A DNA stretch of 64,000 nucleotides, from NCBI RefSeq assembly GCF_000181795.1, contig NW_003526944.1, forward strand, positions 491,383-555,382, read 5' to 3'. Made by a program: the position numbers and the translations under genes. Below, piece after piece: positions 13,224 through 26,955 of the stretch (positions are counted from its first letter, which is position 1; each line of letters starts with the position of its first letter). Source of the stretch: Trichinella spiralis (taxonomy: Eukaryota). The notes beneath the pieces were generated by a model, which saw only the letters and a list, made by a program, of their open reading frames with translations, had not been told where the DNA came from and made no database searches.

Positions 13224-16200
13224 ATGTTCAGTCGACTTTTTTCATCCGTCCGTGATTTTTATAATGGTATTAACTCAGCTACGTTAACCGGTGCTATAGA
13301 TGTTGTTGTTGTTGAACAACCGAACGGTGAATACATTGGTTCGTCATTTTATGTTCGCTTTGGCAAAATTGGCGTGCTGCAAAGCCGTGCCAAACTGGTA
13401 AGCTAATTGATAAGCAAGATGAATGTATATTTGTGGTGTGTTCAAGTGAACTGTTGTTCTTTTAGGTTGATATTATGATCAATGATCAACCAGTGGATAT
13501 TTGCATGAGACTGAGTAGTACCGGTGAAGCATTTTTTGTAGAATCTATTACAGAAGCTGATGTTGAGGTACGTAGGTACATTTTCAAAAATATAAATATA
13601 AAAAAAATTAATTTTTTAAAGATTCCCTTGGATTTGGCTACCACACCATTGAATCAGCTGAATGCTGCAGAATCGAATTCAGACATTGCTGCGCATAGAA
13701 AACAACGTGCCGCTTCTTGTTCGTCAACGTTCGACAGATTTCAGCAATTATCTGAGCAGAATCAACGAAAGATCAAGATTGTCACAGACGATTCTAATAA
13801 AACCAACAAAAATCATGATATTTCAGTTGCTGACACTTCTGCTTTGCGACGTTGTAAGGTTTGGCAAGATGGTTAATATTGAATATTCCTTTTGTTTACC
13901 ACATGATATAAAAATATTTGTTTATTGTTTTTCATTTAGAGTGAAGAAGTGATATTGAGGAGGAGAATTAAAATCAGACAAAAATTGATTAAAGAGCAAC
14001 GCAAATGGCTAGATTTTGAAGCTGTTTCTCATACTTTAAGTTTTCCGTCGAGTTCTGCTGTTTCAGTCAGCAAACGTTTGAAAAGAAGCAAGTTATCCAA
14101 CAGCTATCCAGGAGCTAAAAGAAAAGCTACTGTCAATATGTTTGCAGAGAAGAACATCAGATCTATTGACAAGTATGATTTTTTCTTATTATTTATTAAT
14201 ATATACATACATATGTATGTATAACTCTGATTTTCCTCCATTCTGTTGGATGGGGTTCATCCTTTTTTGCTTTCTGTATTTAATTTTTCAAATTGAATTC
14301 ACTTTCTTTAGAAGCTTGCATTGCAAGAAGAAAAAAAGTAAAAATAAGAGTAAAAGGAAAAAGAATACAGAAAGTGACAGTGAAGAAAAAGACCAGGTTG
14401 AGCGCTTGGTCACCGCTGAGGAAGCAACTTCAGAAATGTATGCTAGTGTCGATGAATCATCGGAATGTAGAGATATATGGTGAAGATTTTATTGATTGAT
14501 TGATTTATTATTTGTTCATTTATTGAAATTATTTTATAGGTCATCCTACTCATTGCACAAACTCGATGAGAATTTGATTGTTGAAGATGAGATGGCAAAT
14601 ATTGAACGGGTTAAAGAAGAAGGTGTTGCACTTGGTAAAGTGTTGAACGATGCCAGTGATTGGAAATATGCCCGCCATTTTGTGAGACAAAATTCTCACA
14701 ATAAAGAAGATGCCCGTAAAATTGACTTGCAACGTCGGTTGATAAATATTGCTAGATTTTGATATTATTTTAGCAGAATCTAGATTATGGAAGCATTGGT
14801 TTTTTGCAAGTTTTACTCGCAGATCTCATTTAACAACTAAAAAGAAGAATGTACAAGATGAAATTTATTTGCAAGAATTGGAAGGAATGAATCTGACAGT
14901 ATCTGAGCGTAACGTGTGCGAAAGGTGAACTTTATTTAAACAAAACTATAATATGGATTGCTTAAACTTAAGTATACGTGTATATATTTAAAAAATGAAA
15001 TATACACATGAAGTTTAAAAGGCTTTATTTTTTTCAAAATTGCAGTGAAAAACGCGTGCTTGTTGGTGATCAAGCTGAAAAATTGGAGGAAACTAATGAA
15101 AAAATGAATAATAATAATGAAAGAATTATTATGGAAACCGAAGAAATTGTAGAAAAGTCAACTTTGATTTTGCATGACGGTAAAGAAGAGGCTGGATGTA
15201 ATGGCATAATGGACGCCTGCACAGTAGTCACCGAAGTCGAACAACTTGCAGGCATTGAAAAAGGCAGCGATTCGATTAAGTAATATCAATTATTTATACA
15301 TTTTTATGTGGAATTTATTTATTTATTTTAATATTTTTTATCTGTATTAGAAGTATACCTGAATTGAAATGTGCACTTTCTTTATGTGGAAATCTTGTTT
15401 TGGAAAACAATTATGAAAATATAACTGAAGAACAGTTTAAATCTCACCTTCTTACACTTGAGCAAGTAAATGAAAATCCTTCACTTATGTTTAGCCATAA
15501 TTTAGTTGTTCAAGTTAATGACAAGTAAGTCATTGTTTGTATAATTATTTTTGCTTTGGAAATGATATGAAATGGAATAGTAGTTTATTTGAGTTAGACA
15601 TTAATGTTTCAGATATTATCCGAGTAAAGCTGGTCTGGCAAATATTGCTGCTATATCTGTATTTGGGCGTTCACTGTCAGATGCAGCCAGTGCATCATTG
15701 ATGCAATTAGATTCAGCTGACAAGCTTCCAGAAGCTGAACGCAAAGAACGCTCTTCAAGTGGTCGCATGACTTCATGGTTTTCTTGGCGCAGATCTTCAA
15801 ATGCTCCTCATGTGATAAAAATTTTCTTTTATAATAAGTTTTCAATTTAAGTTTTTATTCAGGAAGCAAGAGCACAATGTCAGAACCAAACTTTTAATGA
15901 CGTTAAGGACGTGGCTCCTGATAATGAGGAATCATTATTAAGGCTTTTACAAAGTTCACCATGGTATGTAATTTATTGATGAATTCATTTTTAAAATGGA
16001 TCGTTTTTTTTGGAAATTCCTCTTTTTTCGACAAAAAATACACTTTTAGTGCTTCTGAAGATTTGAATTTTAATCATCGTGAAGCTTTGAGTGATAGCGA
16101 AATTGTAGAATCTGCCGAGGAACGAGAAGCTCGCTTGACACCTACTGGCACTCGGTATCAACGATCTTTGAGATTAACTTCAGAACAGTTGGTATAATTT

Positions 16201-17298
16201 AGCACAATTGAATTAATATTTCATTTCGAAAAGTTTTTTTTTCTAGAAATCTCTGCCACTGAAACCGGGGACAAACAAAGCCAGGTTTTCCGTTACGACA
16301 AAGTATCAAGGAACATGCATTTGTGAATGCTACATTTTTGTATGGAAATGGGATGACAAAGTGGTTGTTTCAGATATTGATGGAACCATCACAAAGTATA
16401 TATGTTATTGCGTACTGAAAATTTTTAAATTATTTATTAAATAAGCATATAATTTTTGTTTTAGATCAGATGTACTTGGGCAGATTTTGCCGATTATGGG
16501 TGGTCAATGGGCGCAGTCTGGCGTGGCGCAGTTGTTTACCCGTATTGTTGATAACAATTATCGTATACTGTATTTATCAGCCAGAGCAATTGGTCAAAGT
16601 ACATGGACGAAAAATTATTTAAATTCCGTCGTGCAGGATCGATTATATTTACCGGACGGTCCGTTACTTTTATCACCAACATCTTTGATTTCAGCACTGC
16701 ATCGGTATGCAATGAAACAAGTTGCTGTTTGTTTCATAAAATTTAAAGCAGAAGTTATAATGCAGAGAAATTATTGAAAAAAAGCCAGAAGTATTTAAAA
16801 CGAGCTGTTTGATGGAAATTCGGGCATTATTTCCAGCATTTGCGGATCCATTTTATGCTGGTTTTGGAAATAAGCTAAATGTAAAATACTCTTTTTATCT
16901 ATTTGCATTTATTTATCGAACATACCATTTAGGATATTATTGCATACAAAGCTGCTGGTATACCTGTTCATCGCATGTATTGCATCGATCACAGAGGAGT
17001 AATTAAATCAGCGGTGAAATCGTTAAATTTATCGTAAGCCGTAAATTTTATTTTGTTCTGTATTTTTCTGAATTTTTTTTGATTTTTGAAATTCAGATAT
17101 CCACACATGACCGATTTGGTTGATTACATTTTTCCTCCCTTGAATCGTACGGTGAACGAGCCAGTTTTACAATCCGACTTTCCTTCGCCTCTTTTATATG
17201 CAGATTACAACTATTGGAAGCTGAAACCATACGAACTGGATGCTGAGGAAAAAGAACGATATCAGTTGGCTCGAACCAATCTTAGCAAGAAAACATGA
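13224..17298 (+). CDS. lpin-1: Lipin, Mg-dependent phosphatidate phosphatase, multi-exon
   Basis: N-LIP domain ([20 protein letters not shown]...[11 protein letters not shown]), basic NLS ([13 protein letters not shown]), C-LIP with the catalytic DIDGT motif ([21 protein letters not shown]), [27 protein letters not shown]; stop at 17296-17298. Confidence 0.95.
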
Positions 17299-17846
17299 AT
17301 CTTCTTGAGAATCCTTGTTTTATACAGAAAATTTTGTCGTTGTTTCAATTCCTGTGAAACTAGCTTTACCACTACTGTTTTTTGTCATTTTCATGCCCAC
17401 TGTTTTCTGCCATTGTTGTATCCGGCGTTTCTTATTCCTAGTTTTGAAGATTTTACTTTCTATCCTGACTACATGATGGTGATGAATTATTACGTTTTCA
17501 GAAAATAAATAAGTAAAGTTTAATGTTATTTATATTGTTTATTTATAATATGTTTTTTAATGTTGTTATTGCTAATTTTACAATTTATATCCAACAGTTT
17601 TCGGTAGGATAAATAGGTATGAACTTCAAAGAGGAAATAATGTCAAGGAAATGCAGGAAATATGCTGAAAAATACCTTGTTGAAAATATTTCGACTTTTT
17701 CATAGCTATAAGTATTTTTAGGCGACACAAATATCACATGTGCTACACACATATGCTCTTTACAGATTTATTATATTATTTATACGTGGATTAATTGTTT
17801 ATACTTGATTATCATATTGTATAGTATGCAATAGTTTAGAACAAAT

Positions 17847-18388
17847 ATGGTACGTTTTCAGATTAATTTCTTTTTAATTTTTGTATTTATAAAAGAATTT
17901 CATTTTTTAATGTTAAATAATTATGATTTTAGAGCTCTGTTGCAATTTTAGCTGGCCTCGGTATCGCTACGGCGGGTATATTAGGCCGTTTGGCTGTGAG
18001 ATATGGAAAGCAAATGTCATCCAGATTAAAAAATCAATTGGATGCAATCCCTGGGGGAACGGTGGGTGTTTTTTTCAGAAAAATGATCATAATGTGAATC
18101 TTAACTTAATTTTTTCGTTTAGTTTTCAAAGTATTATCAAGGTGGGTTTGAAAAGAAAATGACTCGACGAGAAGCTTTCCTCATCTTAGGACTAAAGTAA
18201 GTGATAAATGTTTTACAATGAATGTTTTATTCTTTGTTTTACACAGCGCTAACGCCAGTAAGGAACGGATTCGGTTAGCCCATAAACGTGTAATGTTATT
18301 GAATCACCCTGATAGAGGAGGTTCGCCGTATTTAGCTGCAAAAATCAACGAAGCTAAAGATATGTTAGATAAGGGAACCGCTCGATAA
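17847..18388 (+). CDS. DNAJC19: Mitochondrial import motor J-protein Tim14/Pam18 (DNAJC19-like), 4 coding exons
   Basis: Manual splicing gives [25 protein letters not shown].../[65 protein letters not shown]...*. The HPD motif and GGSPY..KINEAK are diagnostic. The ORF track misses it. Confidence 0.93.
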
Positions 18389-18541
18389 AAAGAATAAATT
18401 TTTTTGGAATCTACTGTAATGCACTGTAATGGGATTAAAGTAATTTAAAAGCATTAAGGAACTGTTTTAGAACTGGACACTGTGAAGAATTTTCGTTGGT
18501 TATAAGCAGTATGCCATCTTCTACTTTGTGCTTTTCACTTA

Positions 18542-19736
18542 TTAATCTTCAATGAAATATGAAATGGTATCTTTGTTTATATCGACGAATTCTTCATGTT
18601 TACGACTGAAATAGTACATCTTCCCTTCAGTGACGTCAAACCAGACTGCGTGCAACTTGGCTAAACCTTCCAGAAGTCGTTTTTGCAGAAAATGATGTGA
18701 CGCAATGTTTTCTAGTTGCTGCAAACAATGGATCTGAAATTGAATGAATGGATGAAAATAAAATCTCTGAAGTAAAGTGAAGTATATTCATTGCAAGGCG
18801 TTTATCATTTGTAAACTACCTGGGAGAGTTTGTCAGCGTTGGTCAGTTTCCCTGATGGGTCAATTTTAGCTGAAAATTGTAAGAATGGGTATTCTGGAAT
18901 AAACTGAAGTACTTGTTGTCCTTTTATTAAGCAGTTGTATTTTTGTACACTTGGAGAGCCGTGAATTTGCAACCATGACTTTAATGGTTCATCTGGCTTC
19001 CATTCTGCATCACGCTGTTCCATTGAATGAAGTAGATTCATAGCCTGAAATGAAATTCATTACTGAATTTGCATTTTTCTATTTGCAAGCGTTTCTCTAC
19101 AAACACTGCAATCCGAGTGACCGCATACAACAATATCTTTAACATTTTTCATTAAGCACGCCAGTTCTATGGATGCTAGTGCGCTCAAACCGGCAGCATT
19201 TTGTTGTAACTTTGCTGAAAATTGTTTTTAGAAAGAAAATTGTAATATAACTATGAGCAAGATGAATTATTTGACAAGCAAAGCAAGTGCAAGATTCGAA
19301 TGCCACAACAATCTAACAGCTTATTGAATTTTCAAAAGACAGCTTGATCTGCAACCAAAGCGAGCTTCTTTCCAAACTAATAAACAGCATTTAAAAAATA
19401 CTACCACATGTATATGTGCAAGGAATCATATTTCCAGGATTTTTAACCATGTATGCGTCTCCTATGTCTAGCTGCATGACACGCGATGTGATTAAACGAG
19501 CGTCAACGCAGGAAAACAAAATAGTGACGGGCTAAAAGTGAAATAGCTTAATTTTATTGTTAAACAAGCACTAGACATGTTTTTCATAAAATTTTGTAGA
19601 AGTAATTAGCAAAAATAAGCCATTTTATCATGAAAGAACTTACGTGAAAGTCTTCTTTTACTTGTCTTAGTCTTTTCAAAACTTGTGAACGGGCAGTCTC
19701 TCTATATTTTACCACTCCGTTTAATAATTTACGCAT
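18542..19736 (-). CDS. bca-1: Beta-class carbonic anhydrase, multi-exon
   Basis: MRKLLNGVVKYR start. Zn-ligand motifs CxDxR (FSCVDAR) and HxxC (VVCGHSDC), KNPGNMIP, ASIELAC, DKLSQ...QQLENIASH, LHAVWFDV. The symbol (bca-1 versus bca-2) is tentative. Confidence 0.88.
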
Positions 19737-20969
19737 TTTAGTAAAAAAATAATTACTCAGTTCAATATAAATGAAAAATATTTTTGGTAAATTTACATAT
19801 AAATATAATGCACCATGATTATCACAAATTTACAGTAAGTTTTTCTAAATGCCTCATGTGAAGAAGTAAATGATTAAGATTATTGAACTGCAATATTTAT
19901 CATGCAGTTTTACTGTTTTTCTTGTAAAACCCCATTTCTTACTGTATATACATGAACTATATTTAGAAAGTTTTCAAAAGTGGGTTGGTTCATGATTACT
20001 ATGTTATTATACGTCTTTTGTTATCATATTGAATAGCTTTTGTTCATTTGTATTATTATTTGATGTATTTATACAGTTTTAATCTCGAAGTTAATGAAGT
20101 AACTTTTTAGTTTCATCAAAAGCTTTTCAGAAAATTATAGTATAATTAAAACCGAATGATAATTATCAGAAAACTGTAATTATTGAACCGAAATGGTGCT
20201 AAAATAAAAAAAAACAGAAACTGTTAATGTATAGTGTAATATTTTTATGTTAGAAACATTATTTTTCTATAAAAACGTTAAAAATTTTGTCACATTGGCA
20301 GCACTGATGGAAATGAATGAGCTGAAAGAATGGTTATGCATATAACCGAATATGTAATGAATTATTTAATTGACTGCGTTGCTATTGGTAATTTTGTTGA
20401 GTATTCAATTTGTTTTGTTATTCTAAATTCTATCAAATTGTTGATATTTAAATTTCATTGTTAGTAATCAGTAATTATGACGTGTTGTTTACTATCTGCT
20501 GCGTATAGCATTGTATATGTTCAGCAGCTGGGATTCTTCCATGCTTATGTATTTTATGAACATTTGAATAATCTAAATAATAAAAATTTTGCAGAATAAT
20601 TGTGAAAGATTGAAAACTATAAAAACTTCTACTGAAATGTAACATTCATTTCTTTGTTTTTTCAAAAAAATCATTGAATTTAAAGAATTACACAATAATT
20701 TAAAGTGTTATTTTTGTTTATAATATTGGTAAATAATTCTAAATTGTTTTCAAGTTGATTCTTTTTAGCAGATTTGAAAAATAATTTGAAACTTTGATTG
20801 ACTGAACACTGAATAGTAGAAAATTGAACATGACAATCATTTTAGTGTCAACCGTACCCGCATGCTTCATCGATTTTGCACTATGAAAAAAAACGTTCTA
20901 TTCACTACGGTTGTGCAATGCGAATATAATCTGTAATTTATACAGTTCGATGTTCACAGTTTTAACGTG

Positions 20970-23900
20970 ATGAGCTGGGGAAAGGAACTTTGGGTAAGTG
21001 GTTATGCTGTTGCCGCGTTGTTTGTTTTTTTTAAATAATTAAAATTGATGTCGATGAGCAACTGAAATAGCTAGTTGGGATGTTGAGTTGAGATTGGCGA
21101 CACCTTTTTGAAATCCAGTCTGTAAGATGTTGAGTGGAAAAGAACGCGCGTGTGAAGTGGCTTTCTGCTTGTCAGTGCTGAGAGCGTTAAACGATGGAAG
21201 CTGTTTAGTGGAACGAGAAGCTTCAACATTACTGACCTAGCTCGGACTGCACTTGGCGCATCTCGATTGACACTACTTGTCCGTAAAATGACCCTAGCTG
21301 CCGTCGTTTTTACCTTCCACTGCTTTACAACACTGAACACTCGCAAGAGAATTATTATTTACAAGCTGCGAAATTAGAACATTTGCTCAGCCTTCAGCAG
21401 AGAACACGCATCAGAGCTCAGTATGGAAGAAGCTTGGCTCGGAGCAGCGTGGGAGGGCTTTCATTGTTTGACCGGCAGCGATAGCCACTGACCAATTGCT
21501 CATTTTTCCTTCTGTCCGTTTGCTTGAATAGTGCGCGGCTGCTGATTTTTCTTTCAATGGCAACGCTAAGCTTGATTTGCATGCAGCCGTTTAAAGCGGC
21601 CAAAGGTGCTTTAAATCAATTGCCTCTTGTGCAAAATCATTTGGATTTTTACGTTATGGTAAAAAAAATTTCCACACTATAAGTGTTGATAAATTTGATT
21701 TGTTGAAGCTTATAAACAAAACAGAAAAAGCGAAGTATATAATTCAAATTCACACGCATTGCATGTTTAGGATCAAACGAACAGTATTTCGGCTCATACA
21801 TTAAAAGGCATTGAATTTCTCGAACGTTATGCCGCTTTCATCAAGGACCGATGTTCAGTGGAATTGCAATACGCATCAAGTTTACGGTATGTAGTTTATT
21901 TCAAAAAAAATTTTGTTTGTTTGTTTTTTTAAATTTTATCATAATGTGACAACAGAATTTTGTTTGTCAGTTTTGTTATCGTTGTGGTGAGCAAAGTGGA
22001 AAATTAGCTTTTGTTATCTGTCTGCCTTGGCCAAAAATGTGAGGTCGACTTTTAGCGACCGGTTTGTTCATCATTTAGCCTAGGTGTCAGTGTTTTCCTC
22101 GACGAAAGTGTTTTAAAAATCCAGTTTGCTGTTGTATTACAAGCCAGTTGGCGAGTGTCGATCTTATTCGCAGCTTGCAACTGGAATTTCGCAAACGCTG
22201 ACGTTTGCAAGCTTGGGACAAAAACTTTTTTTTGAATGTAAACAAAAATACGATTTTCAGGTTAGATGTTGGATTGAGAACAGTATGAAGTTTTAATTTT
22301 TCTTTTCTTTTTCAATGGACATGTATGTATACTTGTACGCGTGGGTGGTATTTTATTTTTTTTTCTCTGATGAATCATCATTGATGTTTATTGCAACATG
22401 GACACTGATGAATAATGATGATGATGATGCTGGTTGATTCTGACACGCGTAGGCTTTTTTGTTCAGAATAAGACGTGCTAGCCAGTTGAGACTGACCTGT
22501 GCGTTGGCTTGTTGAGCAAATATTTAGTCTTGTGTGCCAGTGTACTGCATGCAGCAGCAGCAGCAGGATGAGCTGATTGAATTATTTCCACTATAGCAGT
22601 AGTTAGTCATTGGGCATTTTTTTTCTCTCCTTTTGCTTATTCTCGTGCCGTCGTGCCAAGAACGACTCGGCTGGCTGGTCCGAGCTGCAAGCAAGTCATT
22701 GCCCTTGGTGTATGTGAGCAAGCGGTTAATCATCATTTTTGACGTTATTGTCATTGTTGCATTGAACCAAGTCGATTCGATATTTCTTCTCAAAAGGGGG
22801 GATAGTCTCCAACGGGCTAGCAACTCAACAAGCCCTTCAGCTTATTGCCTGCTTAGCTGGCTGGCTGATTGAAAATGAAGCATTTAAATCAGGCTCGAGG
22901 TTAAAGAGAGGAGGTTAGTGATGAAGCATTTTTGGCTTCATTTGACAACATTTTCAGGTCGTTTTCTGCAGGCGCAATGTAACTGTCAAGATGGATATTG
23001 AATTTTTCCCGCCGTGCGTATTGGCTTAATTATAATGGAAAAAGCGGTCAGCATCGATCTGTATGTCTGTGTCAGCGTTGATTTTCAACAACGTTGACGA
23101 CCCAAGCAGGAAAATTGACAACCAAGCCATTTTGCGCGTTCAAGGCGATCAGTTTTCCAATTCAAGCCGGGCTAATTTTGAAAATTAAAATTAAATCCCA
23201 CCATTTGCAGGAGAAAATTGAGTAAAAATTTTTCAACAATTTTCCACATTCTTTTCCACTTTTTGAATAATAAATAACATTTGTCAGCTTTGAATTGCGT
23301 CAGCTGTGTGAAGTTGTTGTGCACAGATTGAGGAGAGGGTGAAGCGTCGTCGTTTGTGTTTGTCTCTCTGCAAGATTTACAACTTGAAATCCAACAAGGG
23401 ATGCAGGATAAAATGCAGTCTTTTTGCATATTGGAGGCAGCTGTTCATTTTGTCAGTTGTTGACCAGCTTCGCTTTTTAATTATCTTTATTATTGACATT
23501 TTGACAAACATTTGTCCCATATTTTATGAAACAGTTAAAACACTGCGATTGTTGTTGTCATCGATTCGCTATTTATTTATTCATTTAATTTATTAATAAC
23601 TTTTTCTGCTACACAGCGGTTTTTATTACATACGGCTGAACAGATGGACACGTGCGCTATTATAATTTTTTCTTTATATTTTATTTTACTTTTTTTTGAA
23701 CATCTTTCAAAAAATAGTAGCATTTTATTAATTGAAAAATAAATTAATTGGACTCATAATTGAAAAATGAAATATAATAGCGGTAGTTTAGGATAATGAT
23801 TGTGGAAATATGATGCCAGTAATGGTGATTAGAAAAAATAATATGAAAACAAATATTCTATTACAATCTAAATCATGATTAAGCTGAGTGGGATATTTAA

Positions 23901-26900
23901 ATCATTTTTCAAGGAACATTTGTTATTCAAAAACAGTTTTTTTAATAGAAAAGTTTTGTTAATTTATTATGTGTATATGTATATGTATATATAGTTTTGG
24001 TGTACATTATTTTTTTTCTGTTCAGTGGTTTGGCAAAGAAGCATCAAATTAAAAAGAAAGAAAACGATGAAATGTAAGATTGAAGTAGAATAAAAATTTT
24101 CAGTTGAAAATATTTTCATTATATTTTCAAGGTATTCATATATGAATGCGTTCAGTGAAATTTTGAACGAGCTCAGCGATATGGCGGGTCAGCATGAAGT
24201 GGTGGCTGACGCTTTGCAAGAAAGAATTATAGGTGAAATTGGGAAATTAGTCAAAGAGTACAAAGAGCAAAGAAAAAAAGTATGAGCCAGTTTTTATTGT
24301 TCAATATTATGCATTTATTTTATATGTACCAACTTGTACAATTGGTACTTTGTCAAGTGGTAGACTTTGTTATTGTTGTAACCGCTCTACTACAAGTGTG
24401 ATAAAATTGTAATTCTCTCTCTGAAAGAAATTTTCTAGTTCCTGAAAAAAGGAACTAATATTAAATTATTTTTGAAATATAATTTTTAACATGTTGCTTA
24501 AGATAATTTTACGTGTAAATGATATACATTCATTGATAACATTTTATAACATTTATTGCAACTTCTTTTAATTAGTTTTTCTACGTATTGCTTTGTAAGA
24601 ACCATCTTAATATTAATAACAGTGTTTAATATCAGTATAAATAGTATAGATTATTTTAATTTTTTTTCAATATTTTCAGCATCTTGCGGAAATTGACAAA
24701 TTAGAGCAAAATCGGGTAGCTTCAGTGGAAGCGATGAAAAAAGTATATTTGTTTCAGTGAGAGAATTTATTCAAATTGTAAATTATGAAATTATTGCTCA
24801 GACTTATAAAGAATATGCCAAAGCTCATGATGAAGCAGTGTCCGCTAGAAAGAAGTATGAAAAGGCTGAAGTTGACTTGCAACTGAGCCGAGCTGAAGTG
24901 GCCAAGGCGAAATTGAATTCAATATCCAAAAGTCAACAGGCAAATGATGCGAAAAGCACTTACGCTTTGGAGTTGAGTAAAACTAACGAAAGTCAACATC
25001 AATTCTACACGGAGCTGTTGCCATCTGTACTTGAGGTAATTGTTTTATTTTTCTAAAAATATATGCAGTTGATCTTATATTAAATATTGTGTGATTTTTG
25101 TATTTTTTTAAGAAGTTGCGAGAAATGGACGAGGATAGAATTTTAAAAATTCAGCATCTCTTCCAAAGTTGTGTAGAGGTGGAAAAATCGACTCTGCCAA
25201 TTATTTTGCGCTGTCTGGATGGCATGCTTAAAGAGGTGGACAAGATCAGCTCTGCGGCTGATTCGCAGTTGGTGATTGAACGATATCGGTCAGGTTATGG
25301 TCTCCCGGAAGATTTCGGCTTTTTGGATCTCGGCCCGGAAACGGCCACCTCAAATGGTGCCGCAGCAGATGATTTGGCCAATGGACATGAACCAGACGAA
25401 GGTGCAGACGGAATGCCTAAACCCGACTTTAAACAGCTCAATCGTGCTTATTCTGGAAGAAAGAAAGGTGGCACTTTGCGGAAACTTTTCGGGCACAAGG
25501 TAAATTTTTATCAGTTGAAAATTAAAATTCATTATTTTTTTATTTTACAATGAAAGTCTATTTTCACATTATAATTAAGGTGTAATTTTTTTTACTTTTG
25601 TACTGTAGACTTTTACTCAAATATGTAATAATAGGAATAGTGAAGTTCTGTTTGAAAATAATTACATTTGTTGGCATGGGACGTTCGACATGCAATTATG
25701 CAATTATGTCCAGGGTGAATTTTTGTGCTTATTTGTGTTTTACAACTATTTTTTTGAATATTATGTATGCATTTATTATTTGAGGTAATTTTGAGTAATG
25801 CAATTTGCTGGGTTTTATTGTCGTGAGTTTTGGTGTATATTTGTAGTTAAAATATAATTTTGCACTGTTTATTTTATTGAAATTGCAAAATGTCATTTGA
25901 GATCAATTCAAAAATGCTTTTTCTTTTTTATAATCTAATTTTTGAAAACAAAAATTGTTGTAGTGGTCTGAAGATAAGAAAGATTTCAACGAGTTGCCAC
26001 CATCACAGCAGTGCAAACGTATTCAGGCGAAATTGCGCGAATGTGAAAGAGTGATAGAGAAAAAGCATTCTGAAAAGTATCAGCTTGAATGAAGATTCTG
26101 TTTATGGTTCATTATCTGAACTGTAATTGAGCAAAAATGAATCATTTTAGGCAGGGTTTGTTGAAAATGATTACACTATACACGGAGAAACCTCAGTATG
26201 GTAATTTGGCATCTGTTGAAGTTGAATTATCGAGATGTGACAGTGAGATTAATTTGGCCATGGAAGAGCTTCACAGGTTGAAAAGTCTTCTCAGTGAAGC
26301 CAGTTCTCGACTCAACGTGCCAATTAATGCTGCTGTTGGTATACCGGTGGTGCCATCGGTAAGGCCGCTCAAGAGGAGCAGTGTCAGCGATGATTCATTG
26401 TCGCACAATTCTGACATAAGTCAGCGGAATAGTTCTAGTCAAGATATAAATTCGTGAGTGAATTTAATTTTGTTATTGTTGTTGTTGGACGACTTGTAGA
26501 TGCACGCTTTTTCTTTGGCTTTTTTTAGGTTCACCAATGTGACTTCAGAAGGTAGCTTACCACACGTCGATTCAGACAGTTGCGAATCGGCCAACAATAA
26601 TATGTATTACAATCAGGATATGGATAGCGTGATCATTCTCGGAAAAGCAGTGGCTCTGTACGATTTTGATGGTAAGAGTTGTGTGTATGTGTGCAATTTG
26701 TGACATGAAATTGTCTGATTTTGAATTGCCTCATTGAAACCGTCATTGATAATTGCAATTTTGTTTACAATGCTGCATCATATAGGTACTACTGAAGGCA
26801 CAACATCGGTGCATGAAAATGAGCAGTTGCTTGTTTTGGAAATTGATACCGGCGACGGGTGGACCAAAATTAGAAAAGTGAACAGCACAACATCAGAATC

Positions 26901-26955
26901 GGATGGATTTGTGCCGACCTCTTATTTAAGTCTTGATTTATATCCAGAAGTGTAG
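20970..26955 (+). CDS. TOCA/CIP4/FBP17-family F-BAR + HR1 + SH3 protein, multi-exon
   Basis: MSWGKELW/DQ..SAHTLKGIEFLERYAAFIKDRCSVELQYA (FCH start), DMAGQHEVVA, ADSQLVIERYRSG, HR1-like KDFNELPPSQQCKRIQAKL...GLLKMITLYTEKPQYG, and C-terminal SH3 (ALYDFDG...DTGDGWTKIR...GFVPTSYL). Confidence 0.92.
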
